Origin: Epithemia pelagica
Taxonomy: Eukaryota > Protista > Bacillariophyta
NCBI GenBank assembly: GCA_946965045.2
Contig: OX337229.1
Span: 3,100,001 to 3,164,000 of the forward strand
DNA length: 64,000 bases
Reading direction: 5' to 3'
The notes under the pieces were generated by a model. It made no database searches, was not told the DNA's origin, and saw only the letters and a program-made list of their open reading frames with translations. This document shows positions 39,401-51,100 of the stretch, piece by piece. The translations under genes were made by a program, and so were the position numbers. Position 1 is the first letter of the stretch; every line of letters starts with the position of its first letter.

Positions 39401-42400
39401 TTGCAAGTCGTGGATCCCAGCGAATCCATCGTACGCCCTGATTTATGAAATGGAGTACATTGAGGCATCGCGAGGAGTTTACCCATCGACAGCAGGATTT
39501 TTGCGTTTACTACGGGAGCTCATTCATTTCGGAGGTTGTCCTGGCGATCTTGGTCGAAACTGGAGAACACAGGCTGGATGTTCGCCATACTTGTTGTACG
39601 TGACGGAGCTTGTGCTCCCTCGTGCCACAGGAACGTTCAGAGGCATCCCATCACTTCCTTTTCGGTGTAGTGGTGACAGAGATCGTTTGTTGTCTCTTGG
39701 CTTTGATGTCGTGGCGACATGCCTCAGAAGATACATTGTCCCTGACTTTGCAAATGATCAAGAGCCAGGTTTGGAAAAATCGCTCAAGGAGTTAGAAAAG
39801 GCGTCTCAAAATATGTTTTCTCTTCAGGCGCTGTTAGATCGAGTTCTGGTGTCCACCACGGAAGTCGAGTTCAAGACTTTCATCAGTGATTTTGTTCAGG
39901 CGAGTCCATTGGGCGAAACATCTGATTACTCGTACCCCGTGAACAAAACCATAATGAACTCGGGAGTCCCGAAGCCCAAATCTCCAGGATTTCTTATTCT
40001 TGGTGATTTGTTGAATCGAACTGGAAGCTTATTGTTGGATGTCATTGGTACAGTGTTGTCGGAGGGCCTGAATCAACAAGAAGATGTTGACCGTTACGTT
40101 TCTTGCTTTGCGGTCTACGGCCCAACACCTCCAACCGTAGCAAGTGCCAAAGCAGGCAGAAACTATTCGCTGACAAGCTTGCTATTGCCTTTGCGCTCAT
40201 TGGACCGCATCAATGTTGATGAGGCGCTATCTTGTCGACAGATGTGTGTCGTAAGATTGTTGGAGACTTTGTGTTCTGCTGCTTGTAGGGAAAAACAGTT
40301 TACATCTTCACTCGACACATACAAGGGGTCGGGGTCGACAGTACCAATCGTCAAATTCCAAGCACGGCCTTCGGCCCCTGATGTCAAAGAAATTCAACCA
40401 TCTCTAGTTGGCCAACTTCTTAATGATGGAACGCATGTGCGGTCAATTGTTGAGTTGATTGGATCCGACAACAACAGCATTTATCCCGTTCAGATTGCTT
40501 GTGCGGCATCGGGTTTTCTCTTCTACCTCGACGGTCTGAATCTCACTCTCTCAAGGTCCGATGTCCTGCTTGCTGCCTGCAAAAGTAGCATCAAGCATCT
40601 CTCGTCAAGATGCTATGAGGAAGACGGCAGTGTCGAACTCCTTGAGGTGATTCTCAATCGAATTTTGGTGCCTCTGCGTGGAAGAAGAACTCCGCTGTTG
40701 CTTAATGTGCCAATTCTGCATGTCGTGGTGGAATCTGTTGCTTATGTTCTGAATCGCAGGGATGTCCTGGAAACATCGCCCATGGTTGCTGCAACCTGTT
40801 ACGAAGTTTTGTTTCGTTCAATGAACTTCCAGACTGCAAAGGTCTCTCTGAGTCGCTCCGGATTTTGGACGATACACATCGGTTTTATTTGGAAAAGTAT
40901 ATGTGGAAATACGAAGGGGGAACACAGCTACTCGTGGCTTTCGCTCTGTTGGGCGATGGCGGGTGTTGCTGAAGAGCTACATGATCTTGGATCATCTGAT
41001 TATGTCCTCATACCGTCCCAAGAAACAAGTGTACTGCGTCCACATAGGTACAGCCAAATTATGACGTGCCTTTCTGAAGGGACAATGTTGGAAAATATTA
41101 TCAATCAGATTCCTTTATCAGATTCAAAGGTATCTGAGTGCTTGTCCTGGGGAGTTCACCTTCTTGTTGGTGCGGTCGTCCTGAGTAGCACCACGTTCAG
41201 GAACCCGATTCAATTGAACGATATCGTAGATGTGTTGCTCGAGCGTCTCGCAGCAAGCTCGTTTCCACCCACTACGCGCAACCTCTCTCTTGCGGTAATG
41301 ACTGCTCTTGATTTTAAGTTTGCAGTGTCTGATGAAAACCCTCTGAAGTATGTTCAAGCTATCGCCGCCCACGTTTCAAGTGGAGGAGACGGTGGTATTG
41401 TCGCAGCAGCAACATTGTCGGATATTCTGCGCAGATCTGAGCTTCCGGATCACGACTTCCCTCAGCATGTATTACGAAACGGCATTTCTTTCTTGCTTCG
41501 AGTTTCTTGCGCAACATTCGACACTACTAGTTTCCCCATTCAGCCCAAACCAGAAGCTTGCCTTGCACGAATCTGCCTCAAGACTGTTCTCCCCCGCATG
41601 GACGAAGACCTAGTTCAGCGCTTATTAACAGATCATGGAGACTTCGGGTCAGCGTCAACGGCAGTTGACGCTTGGATTGGGCTCGTCTCGTCTGTTGATG
41701 GTGACGTTGTATCACTTCTGAAACAGATAACTGGTTTTTCCTTTGGGAGCGACATGCTTCTAGATCGAAATATTCTGCACGTGTTGGACATGGTTGGTGA
41801 ACGGGTGATTCACCACATGCAGTCTCTTGAGTCGAATTCCCTTGAACCTGTCCAGATGGGCGTTCCAGTTTACTGGCAGGGGCACCTTGAACTTATGACT
41901 GTACTTCTTTTGCGCGTATCAAAGGGCCGTCAAATTGAAGCAGCGAACCAGGTGATGCGAGTTTTGTCGACATACGAACACGCAGCAGATCGCGTTTTCA
42001 CCGCTTTTCCTCGTGATGGGGATGCTGCTGTCTCGTTTATCAAATGCTGCGCTATCGCTCTTGAAACGGCTGGATCGACTCAATTATCTCTGCCATCTTC
42101 ATCTCCTCATGTTCCTTCTCTCATGTCGTTGTCTATGTTGACGCGACACTTATTCGAGAACCCACTGCCCCGTGCACTTTTGGGAAAGGTCCCGTCGTCC
42201 CTAACACATCAAAAAATGGATGATAAGTTGGTGACGACAATGGCTGACAGCCAAAGTTCTTGGTGGGACTCACTTGGTCAAAATGATTGGGAGTCGCAGC
42301 ACGAACTTCTTTTTGGTAGTGGAGCCAAGGGAGCTGAACTTGTTCGTTTAGGGTTTTCTATCATCCGTTCAGGGGCTATGATTGAGAAGCTCGAGAGCAA

Positions 42401-42898
42401 ATCCATCGCAAGAGGGCTCTGTAGAAACGTTGATGCTTTGAAGGTTTGTACTTAACTTCTATCGCTTCTCGCGTAACGTGTGCAATGCCTCACATCTCTC
42501 TCGCCCCTTTTTCAGGTGATTTCTCATTTTGAACAAGAAGGTATCCTATCACAGGCATCGACAGACGCTGTAAAAGAATATTTCCGTTTCAAGAATGCAC
42601 TTTGTCAATCAGTTTTTGAGATTTTGCGGACTGTGATTACTCTTCTGAAGATGCGTCGTGACGCGCCCTTCTCCTATGAAGGTTGGGACAACTCGTCCTT
42701 GAAACCAATCCAAATCGCTCTGGATTTCACCAGGCTCGATTCCGCAGTAAGTTATCGATTGACTACATCCACGGCATTAACCGTCTTTGTTGCTCATAGA
42801 CTCATTCTTAACAGGCCTTAGTGTTTGGAGACGAAAACAAGCAAAGTCACATACATGGGGTAGCGTCGGTCTTGCGCAAGTTGATTTCCGAAAAGTGA
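36447..42898 (+). CDS. NUP205: Nucleoporin Nup205/Nup192 with FG-containing N-terminal extension (about 2,083 aa)
   Basis: Exons 36447-39326, 39387-42443, 42516-42746 and 42815-42898 (phase-0 GT-AG introns of 60, 72 and 68 nt). YEMEYIEASRGVYPSTAGFLRLL...GCSPYLLYV resembles the conserved Nup205 block (E..YP.T.AF..L...PYL.F). Confidence 0.8.
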
Positions 42899-42979
42899 GA
42901 TTCCATCATTCATCCAACCACTGAAGCCATAGAAGATGATCAAACCATTTAATGGTTCCTTTTAGACGGTTCATCTGTG

Positions 42980-44626
42980 CTACTTCATTTCTGATTTGAT
43001 CTTCCTATAGGCCTCCGAAATCAACTTTGATCGTTCCGTACTTCTTCGGCGTTCTGCGTCAGATGCATTTTGCTGTGCATCAGGATGATACTTGAGCATT
43101 TCTCGTCTGAACGCTGCTGAAACTTCTTGTTTTGTTGCCCCTCTCTTGATGCCCAAGACACTATACGGGTCATTTGGATCGAAATCCCACTGATATTCTG
43201 GTCGAGGTGGGGCCTGTTGTTGATTAACTCTTTGTTGCTGTTGGTTAGTGTAGTCATACCGTTGTTGTTGTTGTTGTTGCTGTTGTTGTTGTTGCTGTTG
43301 GTAGTAGGTTCTACGAGCCCACTCCTCCCAGTCACGATAAAAGCTGTAATCACCCGGTTCATGTTCAGGTTCACTGCCCTGAAAGTGGCGAAGGATCCGG
43401 CCACGATTGGACTGATAAAATCGTTGGGCCCCACCAGAATCCACAAAATCGTCATCGTGATCGAGCTCGCGTTCTTCCATGGTAGCCTCATGTTCTCGTT
43501 GCCGTTCCCAGGCAGCTGAGGTCCATCGTGAACCCAGAAACGGCTGAACAAATTTTCGAAACCCTACAAAGGCACCTCCTAGCGCTGCAATCCAGGGTAG
43601 TCGAATCAAGACGCGACCCAATAACTGTCCAAGAAAGCGCACGACGACGGCCAAAATAGAAAGTGTTTGTCGTCCACCAACTCTTTGAGCACTTTGTTGA
43701 AAGGTATCAAAAGCTTTGGACAAGAATCCCTGCAAACCTTGGGAGGCATCTCTATTTGATGTCTCCCAAATCTGGTGAGAAATACCTGAAACCTCTGATC
43801 CAGCATCGGCTCCAGAGAGAAAGGCTTGATACTCCACGCCCAAAACCGAATAGTCAATGACATAAGTAGGCATGTAAACGCGTCGAGATCGAACAATCTC
43901 CGTCTGAAGCTCCACTTGGTAGCCCTCGGGCGCCTCTTGCGCAATTCCTGTCAATTCTTGTTTGACGATGGTGAAGGCTCTACTGCGGGTTGCATTGAAT
44001 GGATCGGGAAAAATTTGAATATCCTCCCCTTTGGATCCTCCACCTTTTATATCTTTCAACATCCAACTTCCCCAAGGAGTCGTCTTGTCACCCAGGAATA
44101 CCAATGTTGTATTGTGGATTGGATTTAGCAAAGATCGTGGATAGTTGTAACCGGCATATGTGGACAAACCAGGAATGTGTACAACCGACTGAGTCCCATA
44201 CACGGAAAACATGTTGGGCTTCCAATCCAAACGCCGTCGTCCAGTTTTCTCATCTTTGAGAACAAATCGAATGTTGACGTCAAAACTCCAAACTGGACAG
44301 TACGCCGCAGATATTCTTGCTTCTTGTCGAATAAAATACCGTAATCCTTGTTCGAGATGGGCCCACTTCGTAAATTTGTCCCATGCCTTTGTAGGTGATA
44401 TCGAGAAAGGAAGGGCATGTAGTTGAAACCTTTTCGATTGGTCTCGGCTTCGATGACCGTTGGTGCTGAATTGCCGCCGACAGGTCACTGAAACACGATC
44501 CAAGAACGATGCGCGCAAGGACAGACCAGATGGCGGTCTCAATCTTAGAAGTATTGCGAAAGAAGTCGACCGTAACGGTAGCAAGGATCTTTGGTGGCAG
44601 CTTGGAAACATCCTATTGTTTTTCAT
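42980..44626 (-). CDS. J-domain (DnaJ) protein with C-terminal J domain and poly-Gln
   Basis: DPYSVLGI...AFRREMLKYHPD (HPD motif); one hydrophobic segment; 13-Gln run at 43262-43300; mitochondrial-type N-terminus. Confidence 0.88.
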   Translation of the reverse strand: MKNNRMFPSCHQRSLLPLRSTSFAILLRLRPPSGLSLRASFLDRVSVTCRRQFSTNGHRSRDQSKRFQLHALPFSISPTKAWDKFTKWAHLEQGLRYFIRQEARISAAYCPVWSFDVNIRFVLKDEKTGRRRLDWKPNMFSVYGTQSVVHIPGLSTYAGYNYPRSLLNPIHNTTLVFLGDKTTPWGSWMLKDIKGGGSKGEDIQIFPDPFNATRSRAFTIVKQELTGIAQEAPEGYQVELQTEIVRSRRVYMPTYVIDYSVLGVEYQAFLSGADAGSEVSGISHQIWETSNRDASQGLQGFLSKAFDTFQQSAQRVGGRQTLSILAVVVRFLGQLLGRVLIRLPWIAALGGAFVGFRKFVQPFLGSRWTSAAWERQREHEATMEERELDHDDDFVDSGGAQRFYQSNRGRILRHFQGSEPEHEPGDYSFYRDWEEWARRTYYQQQQQQQQQQQQQRYDYTNQQQQRVNQQQAPPRPEYQWDFDPNDPYSVLGIKRGATKQEVSAAFRREMLKYHPDAQQNASDAERRRSTERSKLISEAYRKIKSEMK

Positions 44627-45206
44627 ACATATCAGTGATCACAAATACAAGTCACAATCGAAGTTTAGTCCCCAGTGCGTGTGCGTGTCTCGGATCTTGC
44701 GAAGAATCTTTTGTAACCAACCTGACCGCCCCCCCCTGAAACTTAAAAGTATAGGGGGATGATTCAATGCTCTCGCAGGATCCAGAGGACGACCTAGCTA
44801 GAGGAGTGGGAGTAGGTATGTAGGTAATCAGAGATCAGAGTAGGTGCCTACTCCTAGGTAGGAGTTAGAAGTATCCGTACAACGATAACAATGGACGAAA
44901 TACAAGAGCCATACTCAAAGAAGATAAATTGGGTTACGTCTGTAGCAGCAAGATTCCAATCATTCTTGTTGCAATGTGAACGCTCAACGCAATGAGAAAT
45001 CATTGCGGCTCTTGCTTTTCACATGAATACCCATCGCATTTGTAGCATGGTTATTGTCTGGGGTAAGTACAACAGTAACAACACAAGATACACATCTTCG
45101 AGGGAAAAGGAAAAGAACAGGCTGCATAATAGAAAAATACTCTTTTAAACAAATGTATAATGAACTACCTAGGTAGAATAGTCCTCCATCTTGTACTCGT
45201 AACATC

Positions 45207-46817
45207 TCAGTCCTCTTCATCACTATCAAACAGGAAGATGATCGTTTTCACAGGCTTCTTAACAGTCTTGTTCATGGTCGATTGCGTTTTCCCCGAGACT
45301 TTTCCGTGCACTAGGTTTGTGGCCTCTTGCTTCGTCGGCTTGAGTTCACCTTTGGACCGGTTCGGTAGCGGCGTTGTTAATGAAGCTGAGGATGATCCAC
45401 CGGCTAAAGTCTTGTTTAAAGTCTTGTTTCCCAAAGTAACTGATCTGGCAACCTGTGGGTTGGCGACCCGATCACTTCTGATTGCATTCTCAAGAGTTGG
45501 AGCCATATCAGGTGTTACATACGGCCTCATTGTCCTATCTCCCTCAGCTGTAGAAGGAAGATGTTGGTCAAGAGCCTGAGGTGTTTCCTGATCCTTCTCC
45601 TTCTTGTCGACAAATTCAATGACCCGCGCGATTTCATCGTCCATTGACGTTGAACAGGCACATTCTACAGTGTCGGTATCTTCCTCATGAGTTGACGTTG
45701 AACTGGCATATTCTACAGCATCGGTATCTTCCCCATGAGAGGGGACTCGGATAAGTGGAGAGCCTATGCGTTGCGGTTTTTCTGTCCTCCGCGATTTCTC
45801 CACAAGCAACGCTTTGCGTGCTACACGCTTTTTTCGGGGTTTCACGGCGGAGTAAGCAGTTCCCTTTTCGTGGTCCAACAGTTTCTTCTTCCTTCCTGGA
45901 AGCGGTCGCCCCAAGTTCTTCCTAGTCGGCAAATTGTGCTTGTCTCGTATGACTTTCAGCATGGATGGCTTCTCCGGAAGGAGCTCGAACTCAGTTTCTC
46001 CATCTGGTGGGCTATCACAGGAGAGTTGGTTGGGTACAGAGGCTTTCCTTTTCTTGAGAGGCCGCTCGACTGACCCGGAGGGAACAACCTTTTCTTGAGG
46101 TTTACAATCGTAAACAATGTTTGCCTTAGCTTGATGGAGAACTTCTGACAGTGATGAAGTGGTAGAGTTTGCGTCATTACCTTTTGAGCGTGAGCCAAAT
46201 GCACCAGTAAATCTCGATCTCTCCATCTGATATAATGCATCAATTCGACTTGGGCGATGAAGAGAACGGGCTGGGGAACATGTAGAAATATTACCCTTCG
46301 GACTCTGGAGTATCTGTTTCTTGCTCATCGAGTTCTCGGCACATGTCAATTCGCCGATCCTCTTTTCTCTTCTCTTGTTACGCGACTTTCCCCTCTTGCT
46401 CCCTGTTACTGGCTTTTCAGCTGTCTCGCTATAGTCTTCGTCACCATCATCGGCTTCCGATTCGTCGTTGAATTCTACTGGTTGCTCTCCATGTTCTTCA
46501 TCATTGGAAAGAGGATTGATACCACCCACATCGCGTCGGATACGTCTTTCTGTCGCCCTCCTTCCTTCAATGGGAGTCTTCCTGTTTCGTTTCGGACGCT
46601 CTTGGTCCGACCTCTCCACTTTTCCAAGCTCGACAAGTTCCCGGTCCTTTCCGTTGTCATATTGAACCCAAACATACGTTGTTCCGTTCATTTGACGCTT
46701 TACCGGAGAGAGGTCCTTGCCGACAACAAGTCGACCTGTCCACCATCCATACCTTCCTATGGCTACACTGACATGATAATCAGACAAATCCAGTTTTCCT
46801 TTCCCTGATGTTGCCAT
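45207..46817 (-). CDS. Hypothetical protein with N-terminal Tudor/SH3-like barrel and long disordered Lys-rich tail
   Basis: Long ORF; GWWTGRLV...YVWVQYDNGKDRELVE pattern; NLS-like clusters; internal 48-bp tandem duplication near 45644-45739. Confidence 0.6.
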   Translation of the reverse strand: MATSGKGKLDLSDYHVSVAIGRYGWWTGRLVVGKDLSPVKRQMNGTTYVWVQYDNGKDRELVELGKVERSDQERPKRNRKTPIEGRRATERRIRRDVGGINPLSNDEEHGEQPVEFNDESEADDGDEDYSETAEKPVTGSKRGKSRNKRREKRIGELTCAENSMSKKQILQSPKGNISTCSPARSLHRPSRIDALYQMERSRFTGAFGSRSKGNDANSTTSSLSEVLHQAKANIVYDCKPQEKVVPSGSVERPLKKRKASVPNQLSCDSPPDGETEFELLPEKPSMLKVIRDKHNLPTRKNLGRPLPGRKKKLLDHEKGTAYSAVKPRKKRVARKALLVEKSRRTEKPQRIGSPLIRVPSHGEDTDAVEYASSTSTHEEDTDTVECACSTSMDDEIARVIEFVDKKEKDQETPQALDQHLPSTAEGDRTMRPYVTPDMAPTLENAIRSDRVANPQVARSVTLGNKTLNKTLAGGSSSASLTTPLPNRSKGELKPTKQEATNLVHGKVSGKTQSTMNKTVKKPVKTIIFLFDSDEED

Positions 46818-47258
46818 TAGCGATCCAAATGAATTACCGATATCTACTCGAACATCAGCGACTTTGATGCAAATCAAAATTTCATGCCGGGAGAGGGAGA
46901 GCTCTTCTTGCTCATACACACGGAGCACGGACCGTAACGGTAGATAATATTACTCCTATTATCGTAGAGTAGGTACTTTTTGGTGCCGATCCCGACCTAG
47001 CATGGAAAGCTATGTGTCTTTCCGTCCACTATCATGAACCCAGGATGGTTTTGACTCGTCAATCGTCAAGCCGCTTATATGGAAGCAATGTTGATCCAGA
47101 CTCCTGACAGTGAGACTGTAACCTCACGACCAAAGATTCATCATTCTGAAGAGTTAGTGGGCGTAGCACCGTGGCCGCGAACACACATCTAGGAAAGGGC
47201 AACAGGTGCCCTACGTCGGAGCCAAACCTGTCAGATGCGTAAAAGAAAGGAGATAGAG

Positions 47259-47834
47259 CTAACATTGAGATTCTTGCCTTCGCACCATGCAGACAAGCTG
47301 ATTGTTTAATATCTTTGAAATGATGGATCCTGCTTTGTACTCCATCTGAAGGATCGTCGGCAGGCTTGAAATATCTTCGACTTCAATGAAACCGAATTTC
47401 TGATACAAAGATACCGTGGGACGAATTGTCAGAAGACAGACGTCTTTATCCTTGGCGCCACTATTATTTTTACAGCGTTCGTCGTGTCTAACCAAGAGCT
47501 CCTGAATAAGAGCCTTCCCAACACCCTGACGTCGAAACTCTGGCAGGACATAAAGGGACGCCAACTCATCAAAGTTGTTCGTCAGAGGACGAATCTGGCC
47601 AAATCCCAGCAATTCGTTATCTTTCCCAGCACTACCATCTCGACGGGCGATCAACAAGTGGTCCTGTGATACAGACAATGGGTTCATTTTGGCCTGAAGA
47701 ATTAATTGTCGAGCAAGCACAACGTCTTCCCGAGATGCTTTAGAGAAAACAACTTCGTAGGAGTGAGCACCATGTTGAAGAAGAAAACCCAGGAGCAGGC
47801 AACATGCCTGTGCTATGTCGAGGCTGTTAACCAT
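47259..47834 (-). CDS. GNAT N-acetyltransferase with signal peptide
   Basis: LLGFGQIRPL...ELASLYVLPEFRRQGVGKALI (acetyl-CoA motif) and YQKFGF. Confidence 0.85.
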   Translation of the reverse strand: MVNSLDIAQACCLLLGFLLQHGAHSYEVVFSKASREDVVLARQLILQAKMNPLSVSQDHLLIARRDGSAGKDNELLGFGQIRPLTNNFDELASLYVLPEFRRQGVGKALIQELLVRHDERCKNNSGAKDKDVCLLTIRPTVSLYQKFGFIEVEDISSLPTILQMEYKAGSIISKILNNQLVCMVRRQESQC

Positions 47835-48137
47835 GATGTGTATCGTTTCTTTTGCGTCTCCTTCGCGGCTCGCGGTGTGCACAAGAAAATAAAGAAACGA
47901 AAAACTAGGTAGGTAGGTCTAGTGGAGGCGGACGACGCTTCACATAGCCATGGACTCTATGGACTCCTACTCTCTAGAGCACGAGTAATGGCCACAGAAC
48001 GCTTGTAACTAATGGCAGATTACATGTGACGACAACATGACAAGGGCGACTTGAAGAAATAACGTTGTTTATATAGGAAAGATGTTTCTTGGGTAGACAA
48101 TAAGCATCGAAAATACTGAAACTTCAGGGCTGCCATT

Positions 48138-51100
48138 TTACATGATAGTGCACGGATCCTCCCCAAGACAGCGGGCTTCATTAGACGGCAGGGAGCCGGA
48201 AACGTCGTTTTTATCGTTAGAAACCTCAACGTGAGGAAGGATAAGATCCTGTTTCTTGTCTGAAGCTCCCCCGTGGATCAGCTCTACATTCTGAATTTTT
48301 GCTTGCTTCGAGCGGTCAGCTTTCTCCGGCTCGCTACACTTTGGCAATACGGAAACACAGGCCGCATCCCCATGAGATTCGGTGTAGTTGCTGACCTTTT
48401 TGGATGAGAGGAGAAGAGCGGGGCTCTCAGAAGGACCGGAGGACTTTGAGCGAACTTGCTGGTGTTTCTTAGTCTCGCTTGCTTTAAGGATCTCTGTTTC
48501 TATGCCCTCTCCTTGTTCATCTTTGGTGACGCTTTCTGCCATCACATCTGATCCGGTCGACTCAATTTTTCCTGTTTCATCACGTTCCTTTTCTAGCTTT
48601 TTGATCGCTCGCTTCACGAACGATTCCGCCTGGGAAAGCTCAGTCTTCTCGTTCTCTAAGATATATGGGGCCATCAGTTCCCTCGCCTCCCGTAGCTTTT
48701 GTGCCATTCTCCTAGCGTGTCTCGTCATCTCCGCTGCCCTGGATGTCCTCGGCTTTGGAATAGGGGAACCGAGATCTGCATCTTGTTTTTGTGGAACATC
48801 GCGATTAGAGTTCTCCGCGTTTGACGTCAGTTCCGAATCTTGATAGACTCGCCGATGTGACGAGTTCACCTCAGTCAATGTCGCAGATGTAACATCATCG
48901 ACTCGTTGTTTTCTGGATTCATTAACAAATTCCCCGTTAGATCCAGCTTCTTGATCATCTCGTCGCTCTTCCCCGATGTGTCTTGTCAATTGAGCAGAAT
49001 GTTCCTTAGCAGATGGAGTGACAATCCCCTGTTCATCTGTTCCGCTGTCCATTTCTTCTCCAGAAAGCATCTGATTTCTTAGTTCGACGGGGTCTTCACC
49101 GCTTGATTTCATTTGCATAACGGTGTGCGCGTCCGGTACCACGTCGCTATTTCCTTTACTACTGGATGTAGCTGCTTCCCCTTCTGTTGCTGGTGGTTCC
49201 TCATCTTTTTGTTCTTGTAGTGTTGTGTCACTTTTGAAACATTCAGGATTTTCGTTTTTGGTATCGGTACCTTCAAAATGGGTGGGCATGTCGTTTGGCT
49301 CCCTTTTGTTCGTAAGGGGCATACGACCAAGTGGAGAAGTCCGAAACCTCGGTGATTCTTTCTTCGCGACTAACTTACTGAACCGACTGGCTTTTCTGTA
49401 AGTGTCCGCCGGAGATACCATTGGTATGTCAATACTCTCTTTTTGCACTTGTTCGGGTGTTTGCGTCTGAGAGTCAGTAACTGATTGATTTTCAGTTGAT
49501 GGGCTTACTTGTTGCCCATCATCTTGGCAATGGATATCTGTGCTTATCTTCGCCAAGGTTTTCATAGTCTTCTTCATGGGTCCTGTTTGCTTCGTGGGCT
49601 CAGTATGACCGTCGATATTCTCGATGGTCCCCTTTACTACCGCCTCAACTCTCAAACCGTCAGGACTTTGTGCCACGATTAAAGATTCTTCTAGGAGATT
49701 GTGATTGGTTTTTTCTGTCGTGTTTGGTTGAGTGTCTTCTCCATCGTCACCTTTGTCTCGAGCATCCTTCGGAGGATTTACAGACGAGCTTTCCGAGCTA
49801 CTTTCAAGCCATTTCTTAATAATGGCAGTTCTGTTAGATGCATTAGCTGTGCGCTCAAACCGTGAACCTTGAGTAGAAGGTTTCAGGGGAACCACTTTTG
49901 CATCTTCGGGAAGAGTCTCTTCTTCAGAGTTCAACGCGTGTTGAGCTTCATCAACTGCTCTTGTTTCCTCTTTATATGGAGGAGGACTGGTAGAGTCCCT
50001 GGCAACGGTTTCTTTGACAGGCCACGTTTTCTCTTTGGAAGGATGGGCATTGAAGAAAACATGCCCGCCGTTGACCTTGATATCTGAGGGTTTGATGGCG
50101 TAATGCATTTCATCCTGGATTGGCTCTCTGTCCTCTTGAGATGTCAACTGTATATCCTGGTCTACAGCATGAACCGACCCAGATTCTTTGTCGTCGGACT
50201 CAGAGCTTGCTTCGGTCATGTTTGTGGGCGAGGGTGTTCTAATCGAGTCACTTTCTGCCATATCTTCTACTCCTTTTGCTTCCAACTCTTCGTCCTTTGG
50301 AGAAACATCAGAAAGTTGCTCTAGTGGGCCAGCTTCCGGTGAAACAGTCTTTTTCTCATTGCGATCCGTCATCACAACCTGCTGCGGCGACTTGTCCTTG
50401 CATTCTGTCTGTGTGTCCGATACTTCAACGACATCAGATGGATAGTCCTCCTCACTCCGAACATCGTCTTTACCCTCGTTATCGTAGGTGTATTTTTCTG
50501 TCTCTGGTCCATCGGTTTCGTCGGATAGTACTGTCTCCGGCCCATCGGTTTCGTCGGATAGTCCAATATTGCTATTTTCAACGTTGTTTTCCTCACAGTT
50601 TGCAGCTGTTGTGCCGTCTTCGACCTCTTCAGATGCTTGTGAAGAGTCCGCTTTAGTAGTGGATGAATGCACTATTTCCTTGGTCTCGAGAGCTGATTCC
50701 TCCTTTGTAGATTCTTCTTCGTTAGATGACTCCAACAATGATTTTGAATCATCACTAGAGAGGTTGTTCTTATCGAGTGAGACCCCTGTTTCTTTTTTAG
50801 AGGTCTCATTGACATGGTCATTCTCATCGCTTTTCTCTTCTTCTTGCCGCATGTTGTCGATGAGATCTCGAGATTCGTCGGCCAATTCAGAAGCAGAAGG
50901 TGTCTGCTCCGACAGTACTTGTGTATTGTCAGTATGATTTGCTTGGGTTGCAGGAGTTTGTTCTGTGAGGTTTGACAAGGAATTGACTTGCATCATGTCG
51001 TCTTTGCTGTAGTCCAGCTGTTTCACAATTTGAGGAGGAGCTGCAACTTTAGGTGCGAGATCCACAGTGTCGACAAGTTCTGAGATGCTGTTGTCACTTC

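Noticed and set aside
45644-50563. In-frame tandem duplications (48 bp near 45644-45739; 33 bp at 50498-50563) and poly-Gln at 43262-43300
   Set aside because: These are ordinary slippage events in disordered protein regions.
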